From: Nostoc sp. MS1
GTDB lineage: Bacteria; Cyanobacteriota; Cyanobacteriia; Cyanobacteriales; Nostocaceae
Direction of reading: 5' to 3'
DNA: 32,000 nt
Assembly: GCF_019976755.1 (NCBI RefSeq)
Contig: NZ_AP023441.1
Coordinates: forward strand, 3,678,919-3,710,918
Shown: in pieces, positions 1-9,172 of the stretch
Layout of the letters: the number at the start of each line of letters is the position of its first letter
Numbering within the stretch: the first letter of the stretch is position 1
The notes under the pieces: generated by a model
Database searches by the model: none
Seen by the model: only the letters and a program-made list of their open reading frames with translations
What the model was told of the DNA's origin: nothing
Program-made: the position numbers and the translations under genes

Positions 1-529
1 AATATTTCTGCGTACTCTGCTTCAAATTTTGACCAAGGTATCATGTTCGCCATGATTACCCATCGGTTATCTGACGCTAGTTTTCCCCCAAAGGGTAGTT
101 CAAAGTTTTCTGCTGCTTTTTCTTGCTTTTGCGCTCTTCGATACATTTTAACGCAACTTGCTACAAGGATTTTTACTTATCTTACCCTTTTTCTTTTCAC
201 CTTATTTTTCTTTCCTGACCCTGAAACTCTTCATTCTGCTATCTTTCGCCCTTATTCAGCCAGCCCTAATTAAAAAAACATTTTTAAGTATTATTGCTAA
301 TATCTTAATATAAATTAATGCTTTAAAATTTACTACAGATATTAAAAAACTCGTAAAGTTTCGGGAAAAGTAACCATATTATTTGTTTACATGCTGCATA
401 CTTGAATAATCAAAAAACAAATAATTGTTTTAGCTAATTAAACATAACTAAAAATCTAAATGTTATAAATTCTCTTATTTATAAAACTGCTCTGCAATCA
501 AAAAATATAGTTCTTATCCACTTACTTTC

Positions 530-1780
530 ATGAATATCAATTCAACTAAAGAATTACTAACAGTTCCCACTGGCTCATTACAAGTTGCTGATATACCTCC
601 TAATAGCGTAGAGTTAAATCATCAAGAGCAAGATATATATTTTTCCTTAATAATCCCTACCTATAAAGAGCGGGATAATATTGAAAATGTTGTAAAAATC
701 TTGAGTCAAACCCTAGATGAATTTATCCCAGGAGATTATGAATTAATTGTTGTGGATGATGATAGCCCTGATATGACTTGGGAAGTTGCCCAAGCCTTGA
801 CAGAAGAATATCCCCAGTTAAGAGTCATGCGACGACAACAAGAAAGGGGATTATCTTCCGCAGTAGTTAGGGGGTGGCAAGTCGCTAGAGGAGGCATTCT
901 TGGGGTAATTGATGGAGATTTGCAACATCCTCCAGAAGTATTGACCGAACTATTGAAGAAAATGTCCCAAGGCGCAGATTTGGCATTAGCCAGCCGTCAT
1001 GTAGATGGTGGTGGTGTTAGTAGTTGGAGTGTAGTCAGACGCTTCTTATCTCGTGGCGCTCAAGTTTTGGGTTTGCTCATTTTACCTGGAGTGTTGGGCA
1101 GAGTTTCCGACCCGATGAGTGGCTATTTTATGGTGCGTCGTAGCAGCATAGTTGGGGCGGTACTCAATCCTGTAGGCTACAAAATTCTGTTAGAGGTAAT
1201 TGGGCGGGGTAATATTGGAAATATTGCCGAAGTCGGTTATGTATTCTGCGAACGGCAACAGGGTGAAAGTAAAGTTACCTGGAAGCAGTATATAGACTAT
1301 ATCCATCACCTAGTACGTTTGCGTTTATCTACTGGGCGTGTAGGTCGAGTTAAGGCAAAAATTAATTTCCCTCTAGATCGATTCTTGCGTTTTGCCTTGG
1401 TGGGATTGAGTGGCGTATTTGTAGATATGGGACTGCTTTACTTACTCAGTGACCCCTCAACCTTGGCTTTACCTCTAACTCGCAGCAAAATTATTTCCGG
1501 TGAAATCGCTATTTTCAATAATTTCTTATGGAACGATGCCTGGACGTTTGCTGATGTAACCACTAGACAGCAAGAATGGCATCAAAGGCTGAAGCGATTT
1601 GTCAAGTTCAACGTGATTTGTTTGGCGGGGTTGGTGTTGAATGTTATGGTTTTGAACCTAGTATTTAATTTCCTGATTCCTAACCGCTATGTTGCTAACC
1701 TGATTGCGATCGCCGTTGCTACTATTTGGAATTTCTGGGTTAACCTCAAACTTAGCTGGCGTGTAACTGATGTGAAATAG
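530..1780 (+). CDS. Family 2 glycosyltransferase (polyprenyl-phosphate sugar synthase, DPM1/ArnC-like) fused to a C-terminal GtrA-like membrane domain
   Basis: 416-aa ORF. GT2 motifs are present: IIPTYKERDNIE, VVDDDSPD and the DXD-type DGDLQHPP. The C-terminal ~130 aa has four hydrophobic helices and ends WNFWVNLKLSWR, which is typical of the GtrA family. Confidence 0.85.
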   Translation: MNINSTKELLTVPTGSLQVADIPPNSVELNHQEQDIYFSLIIPTYKERDNIENVVKILSQTLDEFIPGDYELIVVDDDSPDMTWEVAQALTEEYPQLRVMRRQQERGLSSAVVRGWQVARGGILGVIDGDLQHPPEVLTELLKKMSQGADLALASRHVDGGGVSSWSVVRRFLSRGAQVLGLLILPGVLGRVSDPMSGYFMVRRSSIVGAVLNPVGYKILLEVIGRGNIGNIAEVGYVFCERQQGESKVTWKQYIDYIHHLVRLRLSTGRVGRVKAKINFPLDRFLRFALVGLSGVFVDMGLLYLLSDPSTLALPLTRSKIISGEIAIFNNFLWNDAWTFADVTTRQQEWHQRLKRFVKFNVICLAGLVLNVMVLNLVFNFLIPNRYVANLIAIAVATIWNFWVNLKLSWRVTDVK

Positions 1781-1848
1781 TTGGCTCGGTCTAATATATA
1801 CAAGTTGGTGTATTCTCACGCTGGGCTTCTCCCAAGGAATAGATTGGT

Positions 1849-3519
1849 TTGTATAATTGGCACTCTACCGCTTCTTCTCGTTGGTTACATCCTCTACTCT
1901 TACTCGGCTGGTTTATCATCGGTCTAGGCTTACGTTTTACCAACTTGACAGCCAAGCCCCCGTGGACTGATGAATTTGCCACTTTAGTGTTTAGTTTGGG
2001 GAATAGTTTTTTATCAGTACCTCTAAATCAGGCGATCGCACCTGATATTCTCCTCCAACCCCTACAACCAAACCCAGCCGCTACTATTGGGGATGTGATT
2101 CACATCATGATTACCCAGGACAACCATCCACCACTGTATTTTGTGCTGGCGCATTTGTGGATGAACTTGTTCCCCAATCAAGAAAAATACGTTTCGCTGT
2201 TTGCGGCGCGTTCACTTCCTGCTTTACTAGGTGCAGTTTCCATTCCTCTATCCTATGGCTTAGGTAGGTTAGCTTTTCGTTCCCGCTTAGTGGGACACCT
2301 AGCAGCAGCTATGATGGCTGTTTCACCTTACGCAATTTATTTAGCCCAAGAAGCACGCCATTACACATTTGCCATAATCTGGGTAATTGCCTCCTTATCT
2401 TGCTTAGTCATTGCCACACGCCACCTGCAAAACCGGACATTATTACCACTTTGGTTAATCATCTCTTGGGTGGGGATTAATGCTTTAGGCATCGCTACAC
2501 ATTTTTTCTTTACTCTGACACTCTGTGCAGAAGCCTTAGTTTTGATATTTTTAGCTTGGCAACAGTCCCAACAAGCAAAAACTTTAGTCTTTCTTTCCTC
2601 CGTTTGGTGGCGCATTTATGCCGTTGCTTTGGGGACAGCCATAGCTGGTTTAGTTTGGCTACCGAGTTTTTTAGAAAATCCCTATCGTAGTAGTTTAACA
2701 GAGTGGATTCAAACCGATGGCATTAGCTTAAGCTTGCTCAACCCATTTTTTCAGCTTTTCGCTGCCTGGGTAACGATGATCGTGCTACTACCAGTAGAAT
2801 CGGCACAGCTAGCAGTAGTGATAGTTTCCGGTTTAATAATGCTAATTTTCGCTATTTGGGCAACACCGATTTTGGTGCGTGGCTATAAATTTCAACTACA
2901 GCAACCCCAAGCTAGTCTGTCAACTCAATTATTGACTGGAGTAGTATTAGGAGCGATCGCTTTATTTTTCATTTTGACTTATATTTTTGGTATAGATATT
3001 ACCAGGGGCGCTCGTTACAACTTTATCTATTTCCCGGCTGTAATCATTCTTGTAGGTGCTAGTTTAGCGGTCTGTTGGCATACTTCCCAAAAAGCCGTAG
3101 CGTTAATTTGGCTGATGGGATTAGTCAGTGCTATCACTGTCGTTAGCAATTTAGGTTATCAAAAATACTACCGTCCTGACTTGTTAGTCCCGATCATTCA
3201 ACAAAATTCTCAAGTTCCGGTTCTCATCGCCACAACCCACAAAACCTTAGTCCAAACTGGGGAAATGATGGGTATTGCTAGAGAGTTGAAACCTTCTGCC
3301 CAAACTACTACCCAGTTTCTCCTAGCACATCAAGAACAAGACCCTAATACCTCTACAGTAGCCTTAGAAAATACATTGCAACAGCTACAACGACCTTTTG
3401 ATGTTTGGTTAGTCAACTTCCATGCACCCATAGCCGAAGCAGCCAAAAAATGCGTAGCTCAAACAAAACCCTTATCAGATGTAGATGGCTATGAGTATAA
3501 AGTTTATCAGTGTAGATAA
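1849..3519 (+). CDS. GT-C fold integral membrane glycosyltransferase (family 39 / ArnT / PMT_2-like)
   Basis: 556-aa ORF that is polytopic, with more than 10 hydrophobic segments. It has an N-terminal RFxxL...PPWTDEF loop and a DNHPPLYF motif typical of ArnT/PMT-type enzymes. It lies 68 nt downstream of the GT2-GtrA gene on the same strand. Confidence 0.75.
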   Translation: MYNWHSTASSRWLHPLLLLGWFIIGLGLRFTNLTAKPPWTDEFATLVFSLGNSFLSVPLNQAIAPDILLQPLQPNPAATIGDVIHIMITQDNHPPLYFVLAHLWMNLFPNQEKYVSLFAARSLPALLGAVSIPLSYGLGRLAFRSRLVGHLAAAMMAVSPYAIYLAQEARHYTFAIIWVIASLSCLVIATRHLQNRTLLPLWLIISWVGINALGIATHFFFTLTLCAEALVLIFLAWQQSQQAKTLVFLSSVWWRIYAVALGTAIAGLVWLPSFLENPYRSSLTEWIQTDGISLSLLNPFFQLFAAWVTMIVLLPVESAQLAVVIVSGLIMLIFAIWATPILVRGYKFQLQQPQASLSTQLLTGVVLGAIALFFILTYIFGIDITRGARYNFIYFPAVIILVGASLAVCWHTSQKAVALIWLMGLVSAITVVSNLGYQKYYRPDLLVPIIQQNSQVPVLIATTHKTLVQTGEMMGIARELKPSAQTTTQFLLAHQEQDPNTSTVALENTLQQLQRPFDVWLVNFHAPIAEAAKKCVAQTKPLSDVDGYEYKVYQCR

Positions 3520-3584
3520 ATTTTTTAGTCATTCTCTGTGTCTCCGTGCCTCCGTGGTTCAATAAATTATTTTTTTACCACAGA

Positions 3585-3603
3585 GCCACAGAAGTGGCTT
3601 TTA
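3585..3603 (+). terminator. Candidate intrinsic terminator after the GT-C gene
   Basis: GCCAC-agaa-GTGGC stem-loop followed by TTTTA. An imperfect larger hairpin precedes it (cctccgtggt 3549-3558 pairing with accacagag 3577-3585). Confidence 0.4.
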
Positions 3604-4081
3604 GGCTATAAGCTAAATAAACTTCAACTGCGTTGTTTACAACCTAAAAATCAGAGAAATTTTTCGCTAAAATTCGTTATTATATATTTCTGCTGTGTAA
3701 AAGATTAAGTAAATTGGGAATCTCCCGAACTTTCGGCCAATAGGTCTGAAATTTTCAGATTATTATCCTGTCGTTTGAGAGTCCCCAAGAAAGTGAATTA
3801 CTACTACTGCTAGTAAGCAAAATAACGCTTACATCACGCGATCGCTTCTAACTAAAGTAATAAATTCTTAAGAAAATCGAAAAAGTCACTTAAATTCAAG
3901 TGTCAAAAACAGAAGTTGGTTAAATTATTTACTTAAAATTACACGAGTACTACGGTTTTTGGCGCTATCGTCTTGCTATGTAGTATGTGTGTAACTGTAA
4001 GCAGTAGTTTACATAGCTTAAAAAAGCGTTGATGATTATAAATACTTGTATGAATGTAACTTCTGCTTGTTTATTACTCAA

Positions 4082-6241
4082 ATGGGCGATATTAAAACAC
4101 TAATTATCGACAACTACGACTCTTACACCTTTAATCTCTACCAGATGATTGCAGAAGTTAACGGAGAGTTTCCCTTAGTTGTTCGTAATGACCAATTAGA
4201 CTGGCATGAGTTGAAACAACAAGTTTTTGATAATATAGTTATTTCTCCCGGCCCTGGTCGTCCAGAAAAACCTAAAGATTTTGGTGTTTGTCAAGATATA
4301 CTAAAAAAATATCTAGACGTTCCTATATTGGGTGTTTGCCTTGGTCATCAAGGAATAGGACATTATTATGGTGGCAAGATAATTCACGCACCAGAACCTA
4401 AACATGGTCGATTGAGTCAGGTTTACCATAATAATTGTGATTTATTTCAAGATATCCCTTCACCATTCCGTGTAGTCCGTTATCATTCCTTACTAGTTGC
4501 GGAAGAATTGCCCTGTTGTTTAGAAAAAGTGGCTTGGACTGAAGAAGGTTTAGTGATGGGGTTGCGACATCGCCATTTGCCATTATGGGGTGTGCAGTTC
4601 CACCCAGAATCTATTTGTAGTGAGTATGGATATCAATTACTGCAAAACTTTAAAAGGATTACGGAAATATCACTCAAGCAAAATGGTAAATATTGCTCAA
4701 CATCTGCAAGAAAACTTTTTTCGATTCCTCATACTCCGCCACAACCGCCAGAGTTTACTATTTGTAGTCGCAAACTAGATTATTTTCCCAATACTGAACA
4801 GGCGTTTGTGCATCTTTTTGGCGAAGATCCTCATGCTTTTTGGCTCGATAGTAGCCGAGTAGAAGCAGGATTATCGCGTTTCTCCTTCATGGGAGGAAGT
4901 GGAGGATCAAATAGTTTACTAATCCGTTACCGTACACAATCCCAAGAACTGATTGTGACACAATCGGGGAAAGTGACACGCACCCACGAAAGTATTTTTG
5001 ATTATCTCAAACGGGAAATTAATCGGCGACGTTGCCAGTCTGAGGAGTTACCTTTTGACTTCAACTGTGGGTTTGTGGGCTATTTTGGCTATGAACTTAA
5101 GGCTGAGTGCGGCGCAGAGTTAGTACATACTTCATCTGTTCCCGATGCTATCTTGCTTTTAGCCGATCGCCTAATTGCGTTTGACCATCAAGAGCAAACT
5201 ACTTACTTAGTTTACCTGACTCCCATAGGCGAAACAGCATCAGCCCCAGCTTGGTTTGATCTGATGGAGAAACGTCTTTTGACACTTCCTCCCTTACCTC
5301 CTTTTGAGGGTGCTACATCCCAGCCTGTAACCTTCCGTTTAAGTCGGTCGTATCAAACATATAAAAATGATATCTACAGGTGTTTACAAGAAATTCGTGA
5401 AGGGGAAACTTACCAAGTCTGTCTGACAAATCACCTACACACGGATACTACACCTGATCCTTTAACATTTTATCGTCGCTTACGCCAAATTAACCCGGCT
5501 CCTTACTCGGCTTTTCTCCGCTTTGGTGATATTGCGATCGCCTGTTCTTCTCCAGAGCGATTTCTGCAAATTGATCGTCAAGGTTGGGTAGAAACCAAGC
5601 CAATCAAGGGTACTGTCCGCCGTGGCAAAACTCCCGAAGAAGATTTTTTATTGTGTGAAAGTTTGCGTAACTCGGAAAAAGAGCGAGCCGAAAACTTGAT
5701 GATTGTTGATTTATTACGTAACGATTTGGGACGAGTTTGTCAGGTAGGGAGTATCCATGTTCCCAAATTAATGGATGTAGAAAGTTATGCCACAGTGCAT
5801 CAACTTGTCAGCACTATCCGGGGTTTATTATCGCCTCACATGGATGCTACTGATTGTATTCGGATGGCTTTTCCCGGTGGTTCAATGACGGGTGCGCCGA
5901 AGTTGAGAACTATGGAAATTATCGATCAACTCGAACAAGAAGCACGGGGAGTTTATTCAGGTGCGATCGGTTTTTTGGGTTTGAATGGTGCAGCAGACTT
6001 AAATATAGTCATTCGTACCGCCGTACTTACACTAGAACAAACATCTATTGGTATAGGCGGTGGAATTGTCGCTCTCTCCGATGTGGAGATGGAGTTTCAA
6101 GAAACTATCCTCAAAGCCAATGCTTTAATTGCGGCGATGCTGTTGACTGTTCATGGAGAGTTTCATCCCAGCCTTTATCGCATACTAGGAATGCCAGCAA
6201 CAGCTAATAACCAACCAAAAAAAGTCCTCAACGAAGTTTAG
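4082..6241 (+). CDS. pabAB: Bifunctional aminodeoxychorismate synthase (fused glutamine amidotransferase PabA and chorismate-binding PabB)
   Basis: The N-terminal class I GATase shows GVCLGHQ (catalytic Cys) and FHPES. The C-terminal chorismate-utilising domain shows PIKGT (the lysine characteristic of PabB), AENLMIVDLLRND, FPGGSMTGAPK and GVYSGAIG. GATase-first domain order fits ADC synthase rather than a TrpE-TrpG fusion. The ORF opens at 4046, but ATG 4082 (MGDIKTLIIDNYDS) is the more likely start. Confidence 0.85.
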   Translation: MGDIKTLIIDNYDSYTFNLYQMIAEVNGEFPLVVRNDQLDWHELKQQVFDNIVISPGPGRPEKPKDFGVCQDILKKYLDVPILGVCLGHQGIGHYYGGKIIHAPEPKHGRLSQVYHNNCDLFQDIPSPFRVVRYHSLLVAEELPCCLEKVAWTEEGLVMGLRHRHLPLWGVQFHPESICSEYGYQLLQNFKRITEISLKQNGKYCSTSARKLFSIPHTPPQPPEFTICSRKLDYFPNTEQAFVHLFGEDPHAFWLDSSRVEAGLSRFSFMGGSGGSNSLLIRYRTQSQELIVTQSGKVTRTHESIFDYLKREINRRRCQSEELPFDFNCGFVGYFGYELKAECGAELVHTSSVPDAILLLADRLIAFDHQEQTTYLVYLTPIGETASAPAWFDLMEKRLLTLPPLPPFEGATSQPVTFRLSRSYQTYKNDIYRCLQEIREGETYQVCLTNHLHTDTTPDPLTFYRRLRQINPAPYSAFLRFGDIAIACSSPERFLQIDRQGWVETKPIKGTVRRGKTPEEDFLLCESLRNSEKERAENLMIVDLLRNDLGRVCQVGSIHVPKLMDVESYATVHQLVSTIRGLLSPHMDATDCIRMAFPGGSMTGAPKLRTMEIIDQLEQEARGVYSGAIGFLGLNGAADLNIVIRTAVLTLEQTSIGIGGGIVALSDVEMEFQETILKANALIAAMLLTVHGEFHPSLYRILGMPATANNQPKKVLNEV

Positions 6242-6261
6242 GAAATTGATTTTGAGAAAGT

Positions 6262-7251
6262 ATGCCAATTTATGTTTACTGGGGTGAAGATGATTTTGCG
6301 ATCGCCAAAGCTGTAACCACATTGCGCGATCGCGTTCTTGATCCCCTGTGGATAAGTTTTAACTACACTACTTTTTCCCCAGAAGATAGCGACGCACCTA
6401 TCCAAGCACTAAATCAAATCATGACTCCGACTTTTGGTGCTGGGGGACGGTTGGTTTGGTTGATGAATACTAACCTATTACAGAATTGTCCAGAGAATGT
6501 GTTGGCGGAACTGTCGCGTACCTTGTCTGTAATTCCCGAAAATTCCTTTTTATTGCTTACCAGCCGCAATAAACCAGATGAACGCCTAAAATCGACAAAA
6601 TTACTCAAGCAATTTACTACTGAGTTTCGGGAATTTCCCCTCATTCCCCCTTGGAAGACAGAGTTACTAATCCAAGGTGTGAATCAAGCTGCTCAAACTG
6701 TGGGAGTGAAGCTGACACCAAAATCGGCGGAACTTATTGCTGAGGCTGTAGGCAATGATACACGCCTGCTTTACAATGAAATGGAGAAATTACGCCTGTA
6801 TGCTGAGGATAGCGATCGCCCTATCCAAGAAGATACTGTTACTCGCTTAGTGAGAAATACCACCCAAAATAGCTTACAGCTAGCCGCAGCTATTAGGGTT
6901 GGTGATACAGCTAAAGCATTAACTATCTTGGCTGATCTCATCAATGCAGCCGAACCAGAATTGCGGATAATTGCCACCTTAATTGGACAATTTCGCACTT
7001 GGTTATGGGTAAAGCTGATGATGGAAAGTGGTGAACGCAATCCGCAAGCGATCGCCCAAGCTGCTGAGATTGGCAATCCTAAACGCATCTATTTTCTTCA
7101 GCAAGAGGTTCAATCTCTGTCTGTAGCGCAACTAATTTCTTGTTTACCATTATTACTAGAGCTAGAGGTGAGCCTCAAGCAAAGCCGTCCAGAAATATCA
7201 ATATTGCAAATTAAAATCATCGAACTTTGTCAAGTATGCCGACGTATCTAA
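6262..7251 (+). CDS. holA: DNA polymerase III delta subunit
   Basis: 329-aa ORF starting 20 nt after the pabAB stop. It has an N-terminal YVYWGEDDF motif, and its size and helical C-terminal half match HolA as I remember it. This is a motif-level call only. Confidence 0.72.
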   Translation: MPIYVYWGEDDFAIAKAVTTLRDRVLDPLWISFNYTTFSPEDSDAPIQALNQIMTPTFGAGGRLVWLMNTNLLQNCPENVLAELSRTLSVIPENSFLLLTSRNKPDERLKSTKLLKQFTTEFREFPLIPPWKTELLIQGVNQAAQTVGVKLTPKSAELIAEAVGNDTRLLYNEMEKLRLYAEDSDRPIQEDTVTRLVRNTTQNSLQLAAAIRVGDTAKALTILADLINAAEPELRIIATLIGQFRTWLWVKLMMESGERNPQAIAQAAEIGNPKRIYFLQQEVQSLSVAQLISCLPLLLELEVSLKQSRPEISILQIKIIELCQVCRRI

Positions 7252-7351
7252 AAAAATCTTTTGTGAATTGCTGTAATTGATTGGAACTTCTACCTGGCAA
7301 AATAATTCAGAGTCATTAATATAACTTTACTGTCTGTCTGTGTCATACCTT

Positions 7352-7822
7352 ATGAAGATTATGTCTCATACTTTTACCCAAACTAGTATGCAAAAAATAC
7401 TGGCTAAAACTTTGTTTTTTAGCATTTCCGCCAGTGCTAGTTTACTTGTTAGTACTGGAAACTTGAAAGCTAATGCTCAGAATCAATCGTTTAATAATAA
7501 CGAGATTACTAGCTACGCACAAGCTGTATTAGCAATGGAGCCAGAACGACAACAAGCATTTGGAGAAATTAAGAAAATAGTTGGCAATGGAGAAGTTCCC
7601 CAAATTGTTTGTAGTGAACCTAATAGTCTGAATAATTTACCTGGTAGGGCTAGAGATATTGCTGTCAATTACTGTAATCATTCGCAAAAAATAGTTAGTG
7701 ATTACGGTCTAACTCCTGATAAATTTAATAGAATGACTGTGGAAATCCAAAGTAACGCAGACCTAAAGCAACAGGTTTATAACGCACTCATCCGTCTCCA
7801 GAAAAACACCAACTCCCAATAG
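7352..7822 (+). CDS. Secreted DUF4168-like protein
   Basis: It carries a signal peptide (MQKILAKTLFFSISASASLLVSTGNLKANA). The mature part has the two-helix repeat pattern seen in DUF4168 proteins (ITSYAQAVLAMEPERQQAF... and GLTPDKFNRMTVEIQSNADLKQQV). The start is ambiguous: GTG 7340, or ATG 7352, 7361 or 7388. Confidence 0.6.
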   Translation: MKIMSHTFTQTSMQKILAKTLFFSISASASLLVSTGNLKANAQNQSFNNNEITSYAQAVLAMEPERQQAFGEIKKIVGNGEVPQIVCSEPNSLNNLPGRARDIAVNYCNHSQKIVSDYGLTPDKFNRMTVEIQSNADLKQQVYNALIRLQKNTNSQ

Positions 7823-8532
7823 TGAAAATCTTTACTTTATTTTGCCTAACTCATTAAGAATAAACAGGCTGTTAATATTATGGGTTTATGGTTGCTTTCT
7901 GCCATATCACTTGCTACTTTTTTATCTGCGTCAAGTCATGAGATATAAAATTTAAACTTATTTTATATTTTCTTTATAAAGTTGAATTGCATTGAGAAAA
8001 GAGTCAAGCACGCCAGTAAGTGAGCGATACCCAAATACTACATATATATGAAAAGTTTTAGCAGGGAAAAGCCTGTAATATTAAGACTAATATTTGATTT
8101 CTGTTCATGTAACGTGGGGTAGCTATGAGAACTCAGTACCCTTTGATTCCTTATTTACCTGTTCCTTCTCTACGAATACTTGTAACCATCGTCAAAAAAT
8201 TCCGGAACTATCACGGATGTTCCTGTAAAAAGTGGTATATTACAAGCATTTTCATAGACAATTGGATTTAATTCTCTTGAAAGAGTAATTTTTTCCAATA
8301 AGCTGTAATACTGATGTTGTAGTTTATATAACTGCAAGCAAATACTGCTATGTAATAAGACAATCGTATCAAGTGATATTTTAGCTTATTAGAATATCAC
8401 CTATATTTGTTGTAGCTCATTTTCGGCTAATGAACTACTAAAAATTTTAATATTTACTAGCGAAGCATATTGTAGTAAATCAATAAAATAAAAACTGTAA
8501 TTTTATACGCATTTTTAAGGAGAAAACTATCT

Positions 8533-8808
8533 ATGGCGAATCTTAGTCCTACTCAAACCAACAAACAATTATTAGCTGGTTACTGCGGTATTATTTTTGG
8601 CGGTTTTGGTATTCATAAGTTTATTTTAGGTTATGCCATTGAAGGGTTCATCATGTTGGTGATTACACTGGTAGGTGGAACTTTTTCCTACGGCATTACT
8701 TTGTTAATTATGCAGCTCATAGGATTAATTGAAGGCATGATCTACCTCAACAAAACCCCGGAAGAATTTGTCAATACATATATAGTAAATAAGCAGAGTT
8801 GGTTTTAA
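8533..8808 (+). CDS. TM2 domain-containing small membrane protein
   Basis: 91-aa ORF with a good Shine-Dalgarno sequence (AAGGAG) upstream. It has two hydrophobic helices carrying GGFGIHKFILGY and LIEGMIYL, which resemble the TM2 domain signature. Confidence 0.65.
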   Translation: MANLSPTQTNKQLLAGYCGIIFGGFGIHKFILGYAIEGFIMLVITLVGGTFSYGITLLIMQLIGLIEGMIYLNKTPEEFVNTYIVNKQSWF

Positions 8809-8811
8809 TTT

Positions 8812-8846
8812 AGTCATTAGTCAACAGTCAACAGTCAACAGTTATT
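8812..8846. repeat. STRR heptamer tract (AGTCAAC = CAACAGT family), 3 perfect and 2 degenerate units
   Basis: Direct reading gives agtcatt agtcaac agtcaac agtcaac agttatt, immediately after the TM2 gene stop. Confidence 0.9.
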
Positions 8847-8855
8847 CTCCCTCAT

Positions 8856-9029
8856 ATGCTGAAACGTAAACACCTGATTTGGTTTGTGTGCTTATTGATG
8901 GGTATTGGTTATTTCAGTGCTATGTCTAACTGGGAAATTCACTATTTCTGGAAAAGCCTGATTGCCTTTATGCCATTTCAGATAGCAGCGATTACCTACG
9001 TAAATGCAACACGTTGGAGTCGTAGTTAA
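8856..9029 (+). CDS. Possible 57-aa small membrane protein (below the ORF-track cutoff)
   Basis: ATG 8856 to TAA 9027-9029 translates as MLKRKHLIWFVCLLMGIGYFSAMSNWEIHYFWKSLIAFMPFQIAAITYVNATRWSRS, which has two hydrophobic stretches. There is no clear ribosome-binding site. Confidence 0.3.
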   Translation: MLKRKHLIWFVCLLMGIGYFSAMSNWEIHYFWKSLIAFMPFQIAAITYVNATRWSRS

Positions 9030-9123
9030 CACCACTGCCTACTAATGCCAGGCTAATCTTAATAAAATTAATGGTATTGACAATCAGTCATATTTCCAAA
9101 TTTCGCCTACGCTCGAAATAGAG

Positions 9124-9146
9124 ACGTTTGATAACAAACGTATAAT
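9124..9146 (+). promoter_or_regulatory. Palindrome ACGTTTG-ATAA-CAAACGT abutting a TATAAT -10 hexamer upstream of the copper ATPase
   Basis: The 7-4-7 perfect inverted repeat is at 9124-9141 and TATAAT is at 9141-9146, 27 nt before ATG 9173. Confidence 0.35.
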
Positions 9147-9172
9147 CTTCGTAGCGGATCTCAACACTTGCC

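Noticed and set aside
43-273. 76-aa + strand ORF at the left edge
   Set aside because: The sequence is low-complexity and pyrimidine-rich (F/L/S/T/P-rich translation). It has no ribosome-binding site and no recognisable motif. It is more likely an untranslated or promoter region. A minus-strand ATG at 53-51 (MANMIPWSKFEAEYAEI...) may start a gene running off the window, but 17 codons are too few to call.
5854-6207. 117-aa + strand ORF in an alternative frame of pabAB
   Set aside because: It is entirely nested in the conserved C-terminal chorismate-binding domain. Its R/C/W/Y-rich translation is typical of an off-frame artefact.
7823-8532. 710-bp AT-rich gene-free region with small ORFs (21-codon ATG 7879 and 52-codon ATG 8125), considered as a possible ncRNA or small-protein locus
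   Set aside because: I could see no ribosome-binding sites, no conserved-looking structure, and no tRNA-like or known sRNA features by eye. The evidence is insufficient for any call.
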